NCBI GenBank assembly: GCA_002189035.1
Contig: NEEC01000004.1
Location: 868,001 to 932,000 of the forward strand
DNA: 64,000 nt
Source: Utricularia gibba
Taxonomy: Eukaryota > Plantae > Magnoliophyta
Direction of reading: 5' to 3'
Under the pieces are notes generated by a model. It saw nothing but the letters and a program-made list of their open reading frames with translations, was not told where the DNA came from and did no database searches. Shown here one piece after another: positions 1 to 12,183 of the stretch; position 1 is the stretch's first letter; each line of letters begins with the position of its first letter. The position numbers were made by a program, and so were the translations under genes.

Positions 1-322
1 CATTGAACACCGCATGATTCATAAGCTTCAGTTGACACATCCGTTACCTTGCAGGCTACAGAAGATTGGGAAGTTTTGATCAGCTTCATTCATATGTTAA
101 TTGTTGCAAAGCCAGCATAAAACCATGGCTGTCGATGCAGTAATGAATTTTTTTTTTTTCATTTGTTGTTTTAGGAAGCATTGTGTGCTCGCTTTTGTTG
201 AATCTATATAATATAGCAATGTAAGAGCCCCCATGCAACTAAGCTTTATTGTTATCCTTCATTTTATTACTTGAGGTGTTATTTATTTCAATTCCTTTGT
301 GTCCTGAAACCATAGCAGAAGA

Positions 323-2848
323 TTATAACCAGATGGAATCCATTAGATTATCTTCTAATCTCATTTCTGCTGTTAAATGATCCAAAACCTTATAAATCTC
401 TTGTGTTCTCACATGAGATGTGTCGCAGGCTGCGAACACATGCCTTGAATCTCTACCTTCAATCCAACTGCACCCTGGAATTTTGTGCAGTTCCCTCGCC
501 TTCATTTGCTGTCTAATTTTGCTTAATTCATTCCATTTCCCTGTAGAGGCATACAAGTTTGCTAACAGCACGTGGTTCATAGGCTCTTCAGGTTCCAACT
601 CGATGAGATTATGTGCTGCCACTTCTCCAACATCTGCATTCCGGTGGATGATGCAAGCTCTGAGCAATGTGCACCATGTAACCGCATCTGCTTTCATTGG
701 CAGTCTCCTGATCATCCCGTATGCTTGCTTCAGCAGGCCAGATCGACCAAGTACGTCGATCATACATGTATAGTGCTTCAAAGTTGGAGTCACACCATGG
801 TATTTCATCAATTCAAAGAACTCATATGCAGCATGAAATGATCCCGTGTGCACACATGAAGAAAGGACAGCAAGGAAGGTTATATCATCAGGTTTGAATC
901 CATTTATGAGCATTTCACGGAACAACAAAAGTGTTTCCTCCCACTGCCCGTACATGGCATATGCACTGAGCATTGCATTGTGGCTCATAATATTATGTCT
1001 ATCTATCATGTTGTACACCAGAACTGCATTCTTCATAATCCCACACTTGCCGTACATATCTATCAGAGCAGTTTGAATGTACCTATCTGATTCAAATGCA
1101 TGTCTTATTGAATATGCATGAAGCTGCTTGCCCCGACCATTAGCTGCTATTCTTGAGCATGCTGTTAAAGCTATTCCTACTGTGTATATATCCGTCATGG
1201 AATTCATACCCTGCATGTTCGAAAACAACTGCATGGCCAATTCATGGTGGCCATTTTCTACGTATCCTGCAATTATTTCATTCCATGTATGCACATTATC
1301 TTCGAATCCATCGTCTCTCATACACTGTAAGACATACTTGAGCTCTGTGATACGGTTGCATCTAGCATAACCAGCAACAAAAGCATTCCAGATTACTATA
1401 TCCTTCTTGGTTACCTGGTTAAATGCTTTTCGTGCACCTTCCGGGTCACAGTTTTGGAAGTACATGTCAACCAATGCTGCGCCTATGAAGGTATTTGATT
1501 GGAGCCCTCTTGCAATGCAATATGAATGTATAGCTTCACCCAGCCTCAGTGACTGTGTATCAGCAAAAGCACGAAGGGCACTGCCTAATGTAAATGAATT
1601 AGGCTCATTTGCGTCGTTGTTCATTATCTCTATCAGTATTTCTAAAGCCTCATGATACATGAAGTTATCAACATATCCTGAGAGCAGTGAGTTCCAAGTA
1701 ACCAAGCTCTTTTTCTTACCCTCGTACTCCATTGCATCAAAAAGTTCTTTTGCCTTTAGAATTTCACCATGATCACAATATCCTGCAATCATTATGTTAT
1801 AGGAGACTTCATCCCTACTTGAAAATTTGGAGAACACTTGTAAGGCATTTCCCATGTCGCAGCATCTTCGATACAGGTCTATTAATCCATTCACAACATA
1901 TGGACTGGACTTATACCCATGCCTCATTACGTACCCATAGACTTCTTTCCCCAGCTTAAGCTTCCCCAATCGACCACAAGCAGAAAGAATGCAGTTTGAT
2001 GCTTTTGCATCTAGCTCGAATCCTGAATTTGTAATTCGTGTCAACATCCCAATAGCTTCCTCATCGTACCCATTCTCTGTAAATCCAATGATAATAGTGT
2101 TCCATGGAACGGAACTAGGCTTCAAATCCTTCTCCTTCAACATCTCCTCTAGGAACTCCAATGCTTGAAACACTTTTCCCATGGAAACACAAGCTGTGAT
2201 CACTGAGTTCCAAGAGACAAAATCCTTCTCAACCATATTGAAAAAGCACTTCTCAGCCTCCCGTAAGCATCCGGACTTAGCATACATATCGATCAAAGAG
2301 TTCCCCACGTATGTGTGAGATAAAAAACTGATCTTCACCACCATTCCATGAATTTGCCTTCCCAACTCAACCCCACCATACCCATAACAAATCTTCAATG
2401 CCACCGGGAAAACAAAAAAGTCCAACTCAACATCCTCAGACAATAGCCTCACGAAGTTCAAGAACGCTTCCTCGAACAACCCATTATCCATTAGCACGCT
2501 CATTGTCGATGAAAACGTGTACAGGTTTCTATCAGGCATTTTCTCGAACACAAGAACCGCATCCTCGACGCAGCCACATTCACCGTACATTTTAACCAAC
2601 TTCGTCCCCAAGAACTCTCGGCCATGAAATCCATTCTTGAGCAAATGCGCGTGCACTTGCTTTCCAAAATGAGAACAGCCACACGAATCAAGCACAGTGG
2701 CATAGCTTGTGGAAGTTAACCTCCCAGCGAGAAATAGAACAACGTATGGAGCTTGCTCCGTGTTCCATCGTACTCGTTGCTTGACCTCTTCAGAATCCGA
2801 CGCCCGCGCCGGAGGCTGCACACCAAGCAGTGCCCGCAAAGAAATCAT
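323..2848 (-). CDS. Pentatricopeptide repeat protein, PLS class with E/E+ domains and no DYW domain (organellar RNA editing factor type)
   Basis: Intronless 841-aa ORF of tandem PPR motifs (e.g. VSWNSVITAC, VTWNSLLSGYV, HYTCMIDVLGRSG). It ends in the E/E+ signature 'PGCSWIE...F...D.SH...EIY..L..L'. Confidence 0.95.
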   Translation of the reverse strand: MISLRALLGVQPPARASDSEEVKQRVRWNTEQAPYVVLFLAGRLTSTSYATVLDSCGCSHFGKQVHAHLLKNGFHGREFLGTKLVKMYGECGCVEDAVLVFEKMPDRNLYTFSSTMSVLMDNGLFEEAFLNFVRLLSEDVELDFFVFPVALKICYGYGGVELGRQIHGMVVKISFLSHTYVGNSLIDMYAKSGCLREAEKCFFNMVEKDFVSWNSVITACVSMGKVFQALEFLEEMLKEKDLKPSSVPWNTIIIGFTENGYDEEAIGMLTRITNSGFELDAKASNCILSACGRLGKLKLGKEVYGYVMRHGYKSSPYVVNGLIDLYRRCCDMGNALQVFSKFSSRDEVSYNIMIAGYCDHGEILKAKELFDAMEYEGKKKSLVTWNSLLSGYVDNFMYHEALEILIEIMNNDANEPNSFTLGSALRAFADTQSLRLGEAIHSYCIARGLQSNTFIGAALVDMYFQNCDPEGARKAFNQVTKKDIVIWNAFVAGYARCNRITELKYVLQCMRDDGFEDNVHTWNEIIAGYVENGHHELAMQLFSNMQGMNSMTDIYTVGIALTACSRIAANGRGKQLHAYSIRHAFESDRYIQTALIDMYGKCGIMKNAVLVYNMIDRHNIMSHNAMLSAYAMYGQWEETLLLFREMLINGFKPDDITFLAVLSSCVHTGSFHAAYEFFELMKYHGVTPTLKHYTCMIDVLGRSGLLKQAYGMIRRLPMKADAVTWCTLLRACIIHRNADVGEVAAHNLIELEPEEPMNHVLLANLYASTGKWNELSKIRQQMKARELHKIPGCSWIEGRDSRHVFAACDTSHVRTQEIYKVLDHLTAEMRLEDNLMDSIWL

Positions 2849-3709
2849 TTGTCTACTAGCTCATATACTCCCTCGATCAAACATATATGAAAAAAAAAAA
2901 AAACAAGGTTTGGTTGGTGCATAAAAATCCCAAGTATCAGAAGACGTTGAATTTACCGGAGACTGTAATTCCAGAATCACCACACATTCTGCACTGTAAT
3001 TTCTTGATACGGTTCACAAAATGGGACTAGTTCAAGGAAGTCAAATAAAACGTAGTGTGTGTGACTTAGGAGAACATGAGGTGTTTTCTAGAACACAACT
3101 TTTCTTACAGAATGGAGTTCTTCGTTGACTCGCTGAGAATATTAAGACAGGACAGGAGTGGCGGAGATCATGAGAACGTGGTGCCCTCCGGACAATGAAG
3201 AAGATCACAAACAAATTCTGGGCGTAGGACTAAAGCAACTCAAACTCTTTTTTTTTCATTTCTTTCATTTTATTTTGAGTTGTTGAGAAACTCGATTCAT
3301 TTGTGGGTTGTTTTGTTGGTTCAGCCCCTTGGCTTTCTGGTTTCATTAATAGTCTCCACTGCAGCAGCACTGCTGTGTACTTGCCGTGCCCCCTTTCAGG
3401 AGACCCACTCCTGTCCACGCCAGCCCCAACTTCAACCCCTTTTTGTATTGTATTGTACCTTCTTCTTCATCATCTTCATGTCTCGGGAAACTGAAAAATC
3501 ACAACTTGATTCTCTGCTTTTCTTCGTTACAGGATGTGGAATGCGTGGAGCTTCAGGCGTGCTTGATTTGGTGGGTGTTTCATGATGGCTCACTGCTTGC
3601 TGCACTCACTCTGGTATGCATACCTTTCTGGGCTCCGATTTTTTGTAACGTGTTCCTTTGTTTGAGTTCACAGGCTTCTGCGGTTCTCTTGTGGGGTTGA
3701 GGTAAAAGA

Positions 3710-6013
3710 ATGGTGGATGCTTTCAGAGATGAAGGTGAAGGCAACTGCCATTATTTTGATGCTGTGGAGGACATTGAACAGGGATGTGAGGATTTGCGGA
3801 GTTGGATTATAGTGTCTGGATTGGGCCTCTGACAAGTGTTAGGGAGCGTCGAAGCAACTTCTTTCGGAGGATCGGGTTGAGTTCAGAACAAGATCATGCG
3901 ACTGAAAGAGATTTTTTCATTGGTGATGAGAGGGTTTCTGAAAATGGAAGCCCTGTTGTTCCCATTTCAACTGCAGAAGAAGAAGAAGATGAAGAACCGA
4001 TTGGGGTGAGCCTCAAAATGTCTCCTCAAGATTCAGAAAAAAGGGAGGTAAAGAAGGCTTCTTCCTCCTGGGGTAGGCCTAAAATGATGGATAAATGGCT
4101 GCAGAGATGGCACTGGATCACTCATCGTAAAGCGAGGCAGCAGCATAGCAGTGGGCTTTTGGGTAGTTTTAGCCAAGTTGAGAGCAAAAGCATGGCGTTT
4201 CGGAGGATCCGAGCACGGCGTTTCCGGAAGAGGTTGACAGAGCTGTCCGCCGTTCTTATTGTTCAAGACATAGGAGCACATGAAGGTTCAATACTGTCCA
4301 TGAAATTCAGCCCTGATGGACAATACTTAGCCACTGCCGGTGAGGACAAGCTTGTGAGAGTTTGGCGAGTTGTGGAAGATGAAGCATCAGAGAATCTCTA
4401 TTTTAAGATGGTTGAGCAGAGCAATAACCAGAGGAAAACTGCACAAGGCACTGCTGCTTGTGTTATTTTACCTCACAATCTCTTCAGGATTCTTGAAAAG
4501 CCATTGCATATTTTCCAGGGGCACCATGGATCAGTCTTGGATCTTTCCTGGTCAAACAACAACGTACGAATGATTTTCCATCCCAGATTCATCGAAACCG
4601 AAAGTAAACAGTTTTTTTTTTTTTTTTTTGACTACTCCCTTGTGTTTCAGTATCTGCTCTCATCCTCCACGGACAAGACCGTCCGTTTATGGAAGGCCGG
4701 AATCCACAGCTGCCTCAAGGTCTTCTTGCATGCGGATTATGGTAGGCATATTAGCCACCCATTTATCTGTCACAGCCATGTTGGCTGGAAAGCTCATGTG
4801 CTGCTTCTGTTATGCAGTAACCTGTATTCACTTCAATCCGGTGAACGAAGATCACTTCATTAGCGGGTCGCTGGATGGTAAGGTTCGGATATGGTCGATC
4901 AGTGGGTGTCAAGTTGTTCTCTGGACTGAGACGAGGGACATGATCACTGCTGTCTCATATTGTCCTGATGGGAAGGTGGGGAATGATGGATGCTCTTGAT
5001 TTCTCCAGTGTTAAGTGTATGTACCACTGTCACTATTGTTCCCCTCTTCTGTAAACAGGGCGGGGTCATCGGTTCCATCTCAGGCACATGCCGATTCTTC
5101 AACATATCTGGTTAGTTATGATGCAATAAGCTTCTTGTGATGTGGATTTCTTGGCTTACGCGTTCTCTGCTGTTACCAGATAACTTCATCCAACTGGGAA
5201 GTCAGGTTTGCTTGATCAACAAGAGGAAGCTACCGGTTAAACGGATCGCCGGAGTTCAGGTAGTTGCAGCTTGATGACTTCAGTCAGCTTTCTTTCGAAG
5301 GAGGCCATATATATGTTGATAATTTCCATGTTTGAGTTCAGTATTTCCCTCAAGATCCAAGCAAATTGCTTGTCAGTTGCGGTGACTCTTGCATCAGAAT
5401 TATTCAAGGCTCCCATGTGATCGCCAAGTATAAGGGTACACAGAACTCGCATTTTTTTTTCTCTGTACTGCTTATGATCTTCTCTTGAGCTTAACTTGTG
5501 AATTATCCAGGACTACATAAAGTGGGCAGTCTTGTATCTGCTGCATCTCTTACTCCGAATGGGAAGCACATCATCTCAGCGTTGGAGGATTCAAATGTTT
5601 ATCTATGGAACCACATCGACCAAGATGATGATTCTCTTGTTTCCCACCCGAAAACAATCCGGTCCTTTGAGGTTCTACGTTGTGATGCCTCTATTGCTGT
5701 TCCATGGCCAGGGTTGAAGCATAACCGCTCGCCAATTTCTACTTTGCCCTTCTCAGCTCACCGTTGCTTCCCACTAACCCAAGATTATCATTCAGATTCC
5801 ATATCCAAGCCATCAGCAACTTGGCCAGCAGAAAAACTCCCCACTGCCGTCTCTAAAATGAAGCCTTCCTCTTTAGGAAGGTCTTCCTACAAGCTTTTTA
5901 AGACTTTCCAAAGTTCATCTAGTACGCATGCATGTGGCCTTGTCTTTGTCACTGCCAGCAGAGATGGAAGGATAAGATCATTCCACAGCTATGGATTCCC
6001 TGTTGCCCTGTGA
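3710..6013 (+). CDS. WD40-repeat protein (WDR44-like plant family), 7 exons; apparent -1 frameshift near 3790-3795
   Basis: Exons joined by hand at GT-AG sites give [57 protein letters not shown] and [13 protein letters not shown]. The N-terminal MVDAF..YFDA frame (ATG 3710) is out of frame with DYSVW. Confidence 0.88.
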
Positions 6014-7517
6014 AATACTAGGACACAGGTCCAATAAACTGGATAGGATCACACTTGCACTGCATGCAGCTTTTTTTAGCGCAGTGATGGGGTGGATGAT
6101 AAACATCTTTGCATAGGCTGGGATTTTCAATATGGCTGCATCATGTGATCCAAGATCTGGTCTCTTTGGGCCCTTCGTTTTTTTTCCTGCTGAAAGGCCA
6201 AGAACAATGGCAGAGGCTACAACAATGGCTAAGGTGCACGTGATTCTTTCTCATCTGTTTGATGACTGCTTATTCATGGTCATGCAGAGTATGGCTTTCT
6301 GGTTGCCGGAAATTGTTTAGCAGAGACCGGCCACCGTATGCCTCCTTTAACAATGTAGATAGCGGATAAGAAAACCGAAAAGAAGAGGAAAAGGGACGAG
6401 TGTTATTGAACCCAGAGCTCCAAAACATACCTTTTGCAGTTCTACACAGGATTCCCTAGAAAAGCTGACTTGTCCTGCTCCTTTATTCACAATTACATAG
6501 CCTAAATGATGAAGTTTGAATAAATTCACAGACCATATAAAAGAGAACCAACATACAGCAACCAAAATGAAGCATGTAATAGAAGGGATGCAGGAATTAG
6601 GGCCAGAACAAGCTTAGTTTTAATGGTGCATCTAATCGGGGATCCCTGCACAAGAATAGGTGTATGTATCAAGTAACCCTACATAACTGAGTTACTGAAG
6701 CATCAAAATCATAGTGATGTAGGGGGCTCATTGCTCAAGAGTTCGAACAAAGAAAGGATCGATTGTGTGTATTCATTCCATGTTGTCTTAAAGTTCTCGC
6801 AGTGAAAACCTGAAGATGTAACCCAGACAGAAAGCTAGCAATGACAAATCCAAAAGTTAGAAGCAATTATACAGTGGTCAGTTATTGCATTTTCTGTCTG
6901 AGGCAAGGTTTTTACAATATAAACTAAGAACTGCAATCTGTGTAATCTTCCTGATGGAAGGTTTTCACTCTGCTCTGACACAGAGAACATAGCCAGAACT
7001 CTGAACCACACACACGATCAACACGAAATAGAAAACACCAAACAAAAAAATCTGTGAAAAATGCGCACATTCAACCATCAAAAACTTAATAGTGTTGCTC
7101 TTTCATCGAAGAAACTGCAGAACCAGCAAAACAAAATTCGTCATAGATCAAGGCCATATGGTTATCCATGTGCTACTTTTTTCCCCATGTTTGCCTTCCT
7201 AAATTTCGGGGAACTTTTCAAGAAGCCGGTGTCAAAAAACTGGTGGCACGATTTCCCATTAAACGGAAAAATGGTGCACAAATAATGACAGCCTAAACAC
7301 AAACCTCTATACAAAGTCTTAGTCATTCTTCTTCGTAATAAAAACTGCATCTTTAATCCTCCAGATTCACCAACCAAGTGTGACCAAATCAACTTTCAAC
7401 CATTCTAAGGCGGGAGCAGGAATATTTAGGTAATTATTTTAGCCCGGTAAGGAAAAAGAAGGATGAAAGCAGGCGATAACTTATGGAAAAAATGTTTTTA
7501 TTAGAATTATCGCAGAC

Positions 7518-7588
7518 GCGCATCTGGTGTAGTGGTATCATAGTACCCTCCCACGGTACTGACCGGGGTTCGATTCCCCGGATGCGCA
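7518..7588 (+). tRNA. tRNA-Gly (anticodon CCC), intronless
   Basis: GCGCATCTGGTGTAGTGG...GGTTCGATTCCCCGGATGCGCA. The acceptor stem and A and B boxes are present. Anticodon stem GTACC/GGTAC encloses loop CTCCCAC (CCC at 7550-7552). A T6 Pol III terminator lies at 7593-7598. Confidence 0.97.
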
Positions 7589-8156
7589 GATATTTTTTGA
7601 GGCATTTTCGTTAACATATCTTTTCCTTTGTTTTGCAGTGAAGCTGCTTCATCGCCACGTCACGCCGCCGTAGGCCATTATCTTCACACCCAGAAACATG
7701 TGGATGGTGTGTTGTAATCCTCTGTTGCGCCTTGCCACACTCTTATCTTATCCCAATCTTAAAAACTCCCGAATTCTTGATTAATTATCATCAATCCAGA
7801 GATATTTTAATTAAATTTTGAAAATGACAATATTTGAAAACGACGTCTTATCTATTTTTTATGTGAAATCTTTAGATTAAAAGTCGTGCGTTAAATCAGT
7901 TGCAAAAATTTTCATATTATCAACGAGATGCTGAACCACCCAGCGACGTTTCCAAGAGTCGCATCGGATCCACGTGTCGCGCAACGTATCCGCACGCGTT
8001 GGCGACGCTCCTACAGGAAAATGAATGGCCGGAGGAAAAGTAGTCTATAAATTGGGAACGTCGGCCCACTGAACCCCTTCTTCTCCTCCTCCACCTCCTC
8101 TCCCCCAATTTTCGTCTCCAGATTTCACGGCTTCTCTCCGCCAAGAGGTTAACAAA

Positions 8157-10228
8157 ATGCCGTTGTGCGATGTGGGTGAGGGGATTAAGATCTTCTACAG
8201 AACCTACGGCGGCGGTCCAATCAAAGTTCTCCTGATCATCGGTAACGTTACCCAGATCAATTCTGTGTGTTTCTCCGATGCAGTTTGGCTGCCGGCTTTT
8301 CCCCCTTTCTGATTTCTGTTGTGTCGCAGGGTTTGCTGGGACCCACCACAGCTGGCACCCCCAGATCAAATGCCTCGCCGGTGTAGACACGCCTAACGAT
8401 GACGGCGGCGGCGCTGCGATTGCTTATCCTGCCGGCGTGGAGGTCTGCGCCTTCGATAACAGGGGAATGGGGTCGAGCTCCATCCCTCCCAAGAAATCGC
8501 AGTACACGTGAGAAACATACATCGCGCATCAAATGAAATCACTCACGCCGAAAACATGTTTCATCCTACTCCCGATCTTTCCCCGATCATCTCTGTTTCT
8601 CTTCCGGGAAAAATTAGATCAAAAATGGGAGATGGGAGGGCCCCTATTCGTCTGGGAAGCAGTTACGACTGGTCGTCGGTCTGAGTCAAACCTAACCACT
8701 GTGTTTACACTTTACAGGACGAGAAGGATGGCCAAAGACGCAATTGCTCTGATGGATCATCTGGGTTGGGCAAAAGTCAACGTCTTTGGCCACTCAATGG
8801 GTTAGTTGGTGGCTTTTGTTACTCAACTAAAAAACCCAGATTTTTTTCCTTTCCTCTTTTTACCGCTGCTCTCAATCCATATGTAGGAGCAATGATAGCT
8901 TGCAAGGTCGCAGCCATGGTCCCAGAGAGAATTCTTTCTCTGGCATTGCTGAATGTCACTGGGGGCGGCTATGAGTGCATACCCAAAGTAGGGATTCTTC
9001 CGTTTTAGACCATGCTCCTTTAAGGCAAGGCCTACCCATAACTTTTGAGAGGTTGTGGTGCAGATGGGGAGCGCGACGTTTTCTCTGGCGATGCGCTTTT
9101 TGAGAGCGAGAACCGCTGAGCAGAGAGCAGCGGTTGATCTGGATGCGCACTATTCTCAGGTCTGATGATGTTTTTTTCTTCACGCTTTCATTGATTCCTC
9201 GAAGGAGCTGATCGAGCTTTGAGTCCTGGTTGCTCCTTGAAGGAATATTTGGAAGAGAGAATCGGAAACACCACCAGGAGAGCGGCGTTGTACCATGTAG
9301 GAAACAAGCATCCATGCTATGTGGTCCATGTGGCCTGAGAGTCCCTTGTTTCCTATCATGGTAACACATCTGCTTATGTTGCACAGGAGTATGTGAAGAA
9401 CATAAAGGCGACGGGGATGCAATCGAGTCACGGTTTCGAAGGGCAGATACATGCCTGCTGGAATCACGTAGTCACAAGAACGGAGATGGAGACCATCCGT
9501 GTGAGCGGGTTTCCCATATCAGTCATCCATGGCAGGTAAATTGCTAAGTAATGCGTTGCAAGCAGTGGGAGGAGAATACTAACCAGGATCGAGCATGGCA
9601 GGGACGATGTCATCGCGCAGCTGAGGCATGCGAAACGGATTGCAGAAAAGTTGCATCCATCGGCAAGAATGGTCGAACTCAAGGGTGGCCATCAGTTGAT
9701 GCATGAGAGAGCTGCAGAGGTACGATTCTTTGCCATTAGAGGTAACATTTTCACTGCCAAAACAAGACAGACATCAACAATAAAATGAAGCATTAAAATG
9801 CATGCATCCAAGTAAGTTTTCAGCAATTTCCCTGCTGCTCTCAATACTGACATCTGCACTACTTCATAATGCATGAAATCCAGGTTAATGAAGCTCTAGT
9901 AGACCTGATCGAGGCATCCAGATGCATTTCAAGTCTATATGATTGGACAAACATTTCAAATAAAAGCATTGGTGAGTCAGCCATGTTCAATGCTCTTGAA
10001 ATTGACGAATGGATAACTAAATGCCTCTCTTCTTCAACTTTTGAAGGGTCTGAAGCGTCTGTTATTGTAGTCTGGAGAGCAAGCAGTTCATATATGATCA
10101 TAGGTACCCTAGACAAGCTTCGTATTTGTCTAGCATACTTATTCACCCTCTTCGCGCTGGCGCTTAGCCAAATTCCTGGAGTCGCAAAAAGGATCAAGCC
10201 CATCAGAGTAGCACCTGCTCTGACTTAA
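8157..10228 (+). CDS. Alpha/beta-hydrolase fold protein (AB hydrolase-1 family), about 9-10 exons
   Basis: Spliced translation MPLCDVGEGIKIFYRTYGGGPIKVLLIIG...EVCAFDNRGMG...VFGHSMG (GxSxG nucleophile motif)...VIHGRDDVIAQ...GGH. Splice phases are consistent; the final intron is uncertain. Confidence 0.9.
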
Positions 10229-11637
10229 ATAGTATACACACATCCCACAGGCTGCTTCACTGTAGGTGATCTACCTTTCCCTTTCCTCTAACTTCAAAAT
10301 AGCAAGCTGTGGCACAGCTTCTGTATGAATCTAGGCTCTTGTTTACGTGCAGGACCTGCTTTTTTAATCCGTCTTCGTGTAGCAGAGGGACATCAAACTG
10401 AAGCAAATTTGATGAAGAGAGGGGGCATGGCAAAAACACAGCTATGCGCAAAGAAGGCACTGCTCGGCTCCTTTGGTTTCCTAACCAATACGTTATGAAG
10501 TTTACTCAATGTTATCCAGTGTTACAGCAATAAAACGGTTTTCTCTGGGTTCTACTCAATTCTCCTCTGTCTGCTCCTGTATTTTCTCTCGCACAGTTTT
10601 TATGCAAACAAATATAAGAGTCCAAGTGCAACAAACAAGCACTGAACACACGAAACCGCAAGTTTCCTGTGAACTCCCTCCTAAAAAGTCTCATCCGTGT
10701 GCATAGATGCATACAGGCGCATGGAAGGAAAGGAACGTTGAATGCAGCAAACAGAGATGAGAACCTGGTGAGGGGAGAAAAATATCCAGCGCCTAACCAC
10801 GCACTTCCACTATCTAATCTATTATCATTGCCAAACCGCATAGGCTTTCGCGTGAAAAAAACCAGGAAAACTGAAACTCACAAAGATGTGCAAGAACAGT
10901 TTCTTCCTCCGATCTCCGGCCGCCGCGCGATGCCAAGGAATCCCCAGTAATGCCCGAGAAATGAGCCATCGCCAAACCTGCGAGGGCGACGTGCATATCA
11001 GCGGAGGTCCAAAAACGCCAATAGGATAGAAGCATGTTATAGAGAGCACAACGCAAGTAATATCTCACAGCATATTCGAATATGCTTCCGTACTGATGCT
11101 GTGGGCTTTTGTTATTCTGTTTACAATTGGGCCGGCCCATGATGCCAGATTCCTCCAACTCCAAGACGCGCTCCCCGTGAAATTGGAATGAAATTACAGT
11201 AGAATGAACTGTCAAATGCAGTTACTTATTTCACTGAAACAGGCAAAACATGCGAAATGCTGTCGTTGAATGGGAACGGGAGGGGTTAATGCCCCGTGGC
11301 CCCTGCACGATTTCCTGGATTGCAACTCTTCGCATTCCCTCGAGAGCTTGTCATTCGTCACATCGAGTCAATTTGCTCCCTTTTCACAGACCAGTAGCAC
11401 CACCACTGAGATATTTCAAGGCTCACCGCTGCCAACCTCTCATGGGGTTTCGATAATGTTACTGTTTATGATAAAAATACTACGTGATTGAAGAATTGGG
11501 AAGGGGTTATAAGGTTCCTGTGTCTGTGGTTCACTGGGAGGGAGTGCTTGTAGCAACGGTAAAGATTTTTGCATGATGACTTGTCTGCTACTAGGAGATT
11601 GATATGCAGCCATGAAAATGGAAGATGGTTGGTTCAC

Positions 11638-12183
11638 CTACATGTTAGAACTGTCCTTGAACAAATGGAGGAGGCTTCTGGTGGTTCTGATGCTCCTCAA
11701 CTTCACACTCTCCTCCTTCTGAAACATCCCACTGGACGGAGGATGCTCCATCTCCAAACTCTCCCTCCCCCACCGCCCCGACCCGAATATCCGTCCTCCG
11801 CCGCTCTTTCCCGGCCTCACCATCGCCTTCAGCGTGCTGATAGACCACTTTCGCCACGTGAAAGCCCCCGTGACCGACACGGGACGAGCCCGATTGATCG
11901 CCAGCGGCAATGGGGGTATTATGGCGATATCCTCAACGTCCTTCAGTAGTAGCTTTGGAGGAAGATCCAGCTCCAAGCATCTACCCAGCTTACTATTCTT
12001 GGGAGGGGTTGTCGTGCTCGTGACGATCCCCAGGGGCTTCCCGGGAGCCTCCTCCCATCGGAACGGGATCGAAACTGGGAGGTGGGCCGGAGGGGTTTCG
12101 CCTTTCAGCTGCGCTCTTGGTTTGCTCGGGAGCTTAGACAAGCAAAGCTTTGGAGTGGAACGTGGCTCATCTCCCATCACCAT
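11638..12183 (-). CDS. Plant-specific uncharacterised protein with PF.WEE.PGKP motif (DUF688/At4g00950-like)
   Basis: 181-aa ATG-initiated ORF containing SIPFRWEEAPGKP and LDLPPKLL, motifs of this family. The exact 3' end is uncertain. Confidence 0.7.
   Translation of the reverse strand: MVMGDEPRSTPKLCLSKLPSKPRAQLKGETPPAHLPVSIPFRWEEAPGKPLGIVTSTTTPPKNSKLGRCLELDLPPKLLLKDVEDIAIIPPLPLAINRARPVSVTGAFTWRKWSISTLKAMVRPGKSGGGRIFGSGRWGRESLEMEHPPSSGMFQKEESVKLRSIRTTRSLLHLFKDSSNM

Noticed and set aside
420-2924. Numerous 60-120-aa ORFs antisense to the PPR gene (and similar shadow ORFs over other genes)
   Set aside because: Explained as reading-frame shadows of real coding exons; many start at non-ATG codons and none has recognisable motifs.
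7518-7700. Dicistronic tRNA-Gly-snoRNA (snoR43-type) gene
   Set aside because: A T6 terminator follows the tRNA within 5 nt, and no C/D boxes lie downstream.
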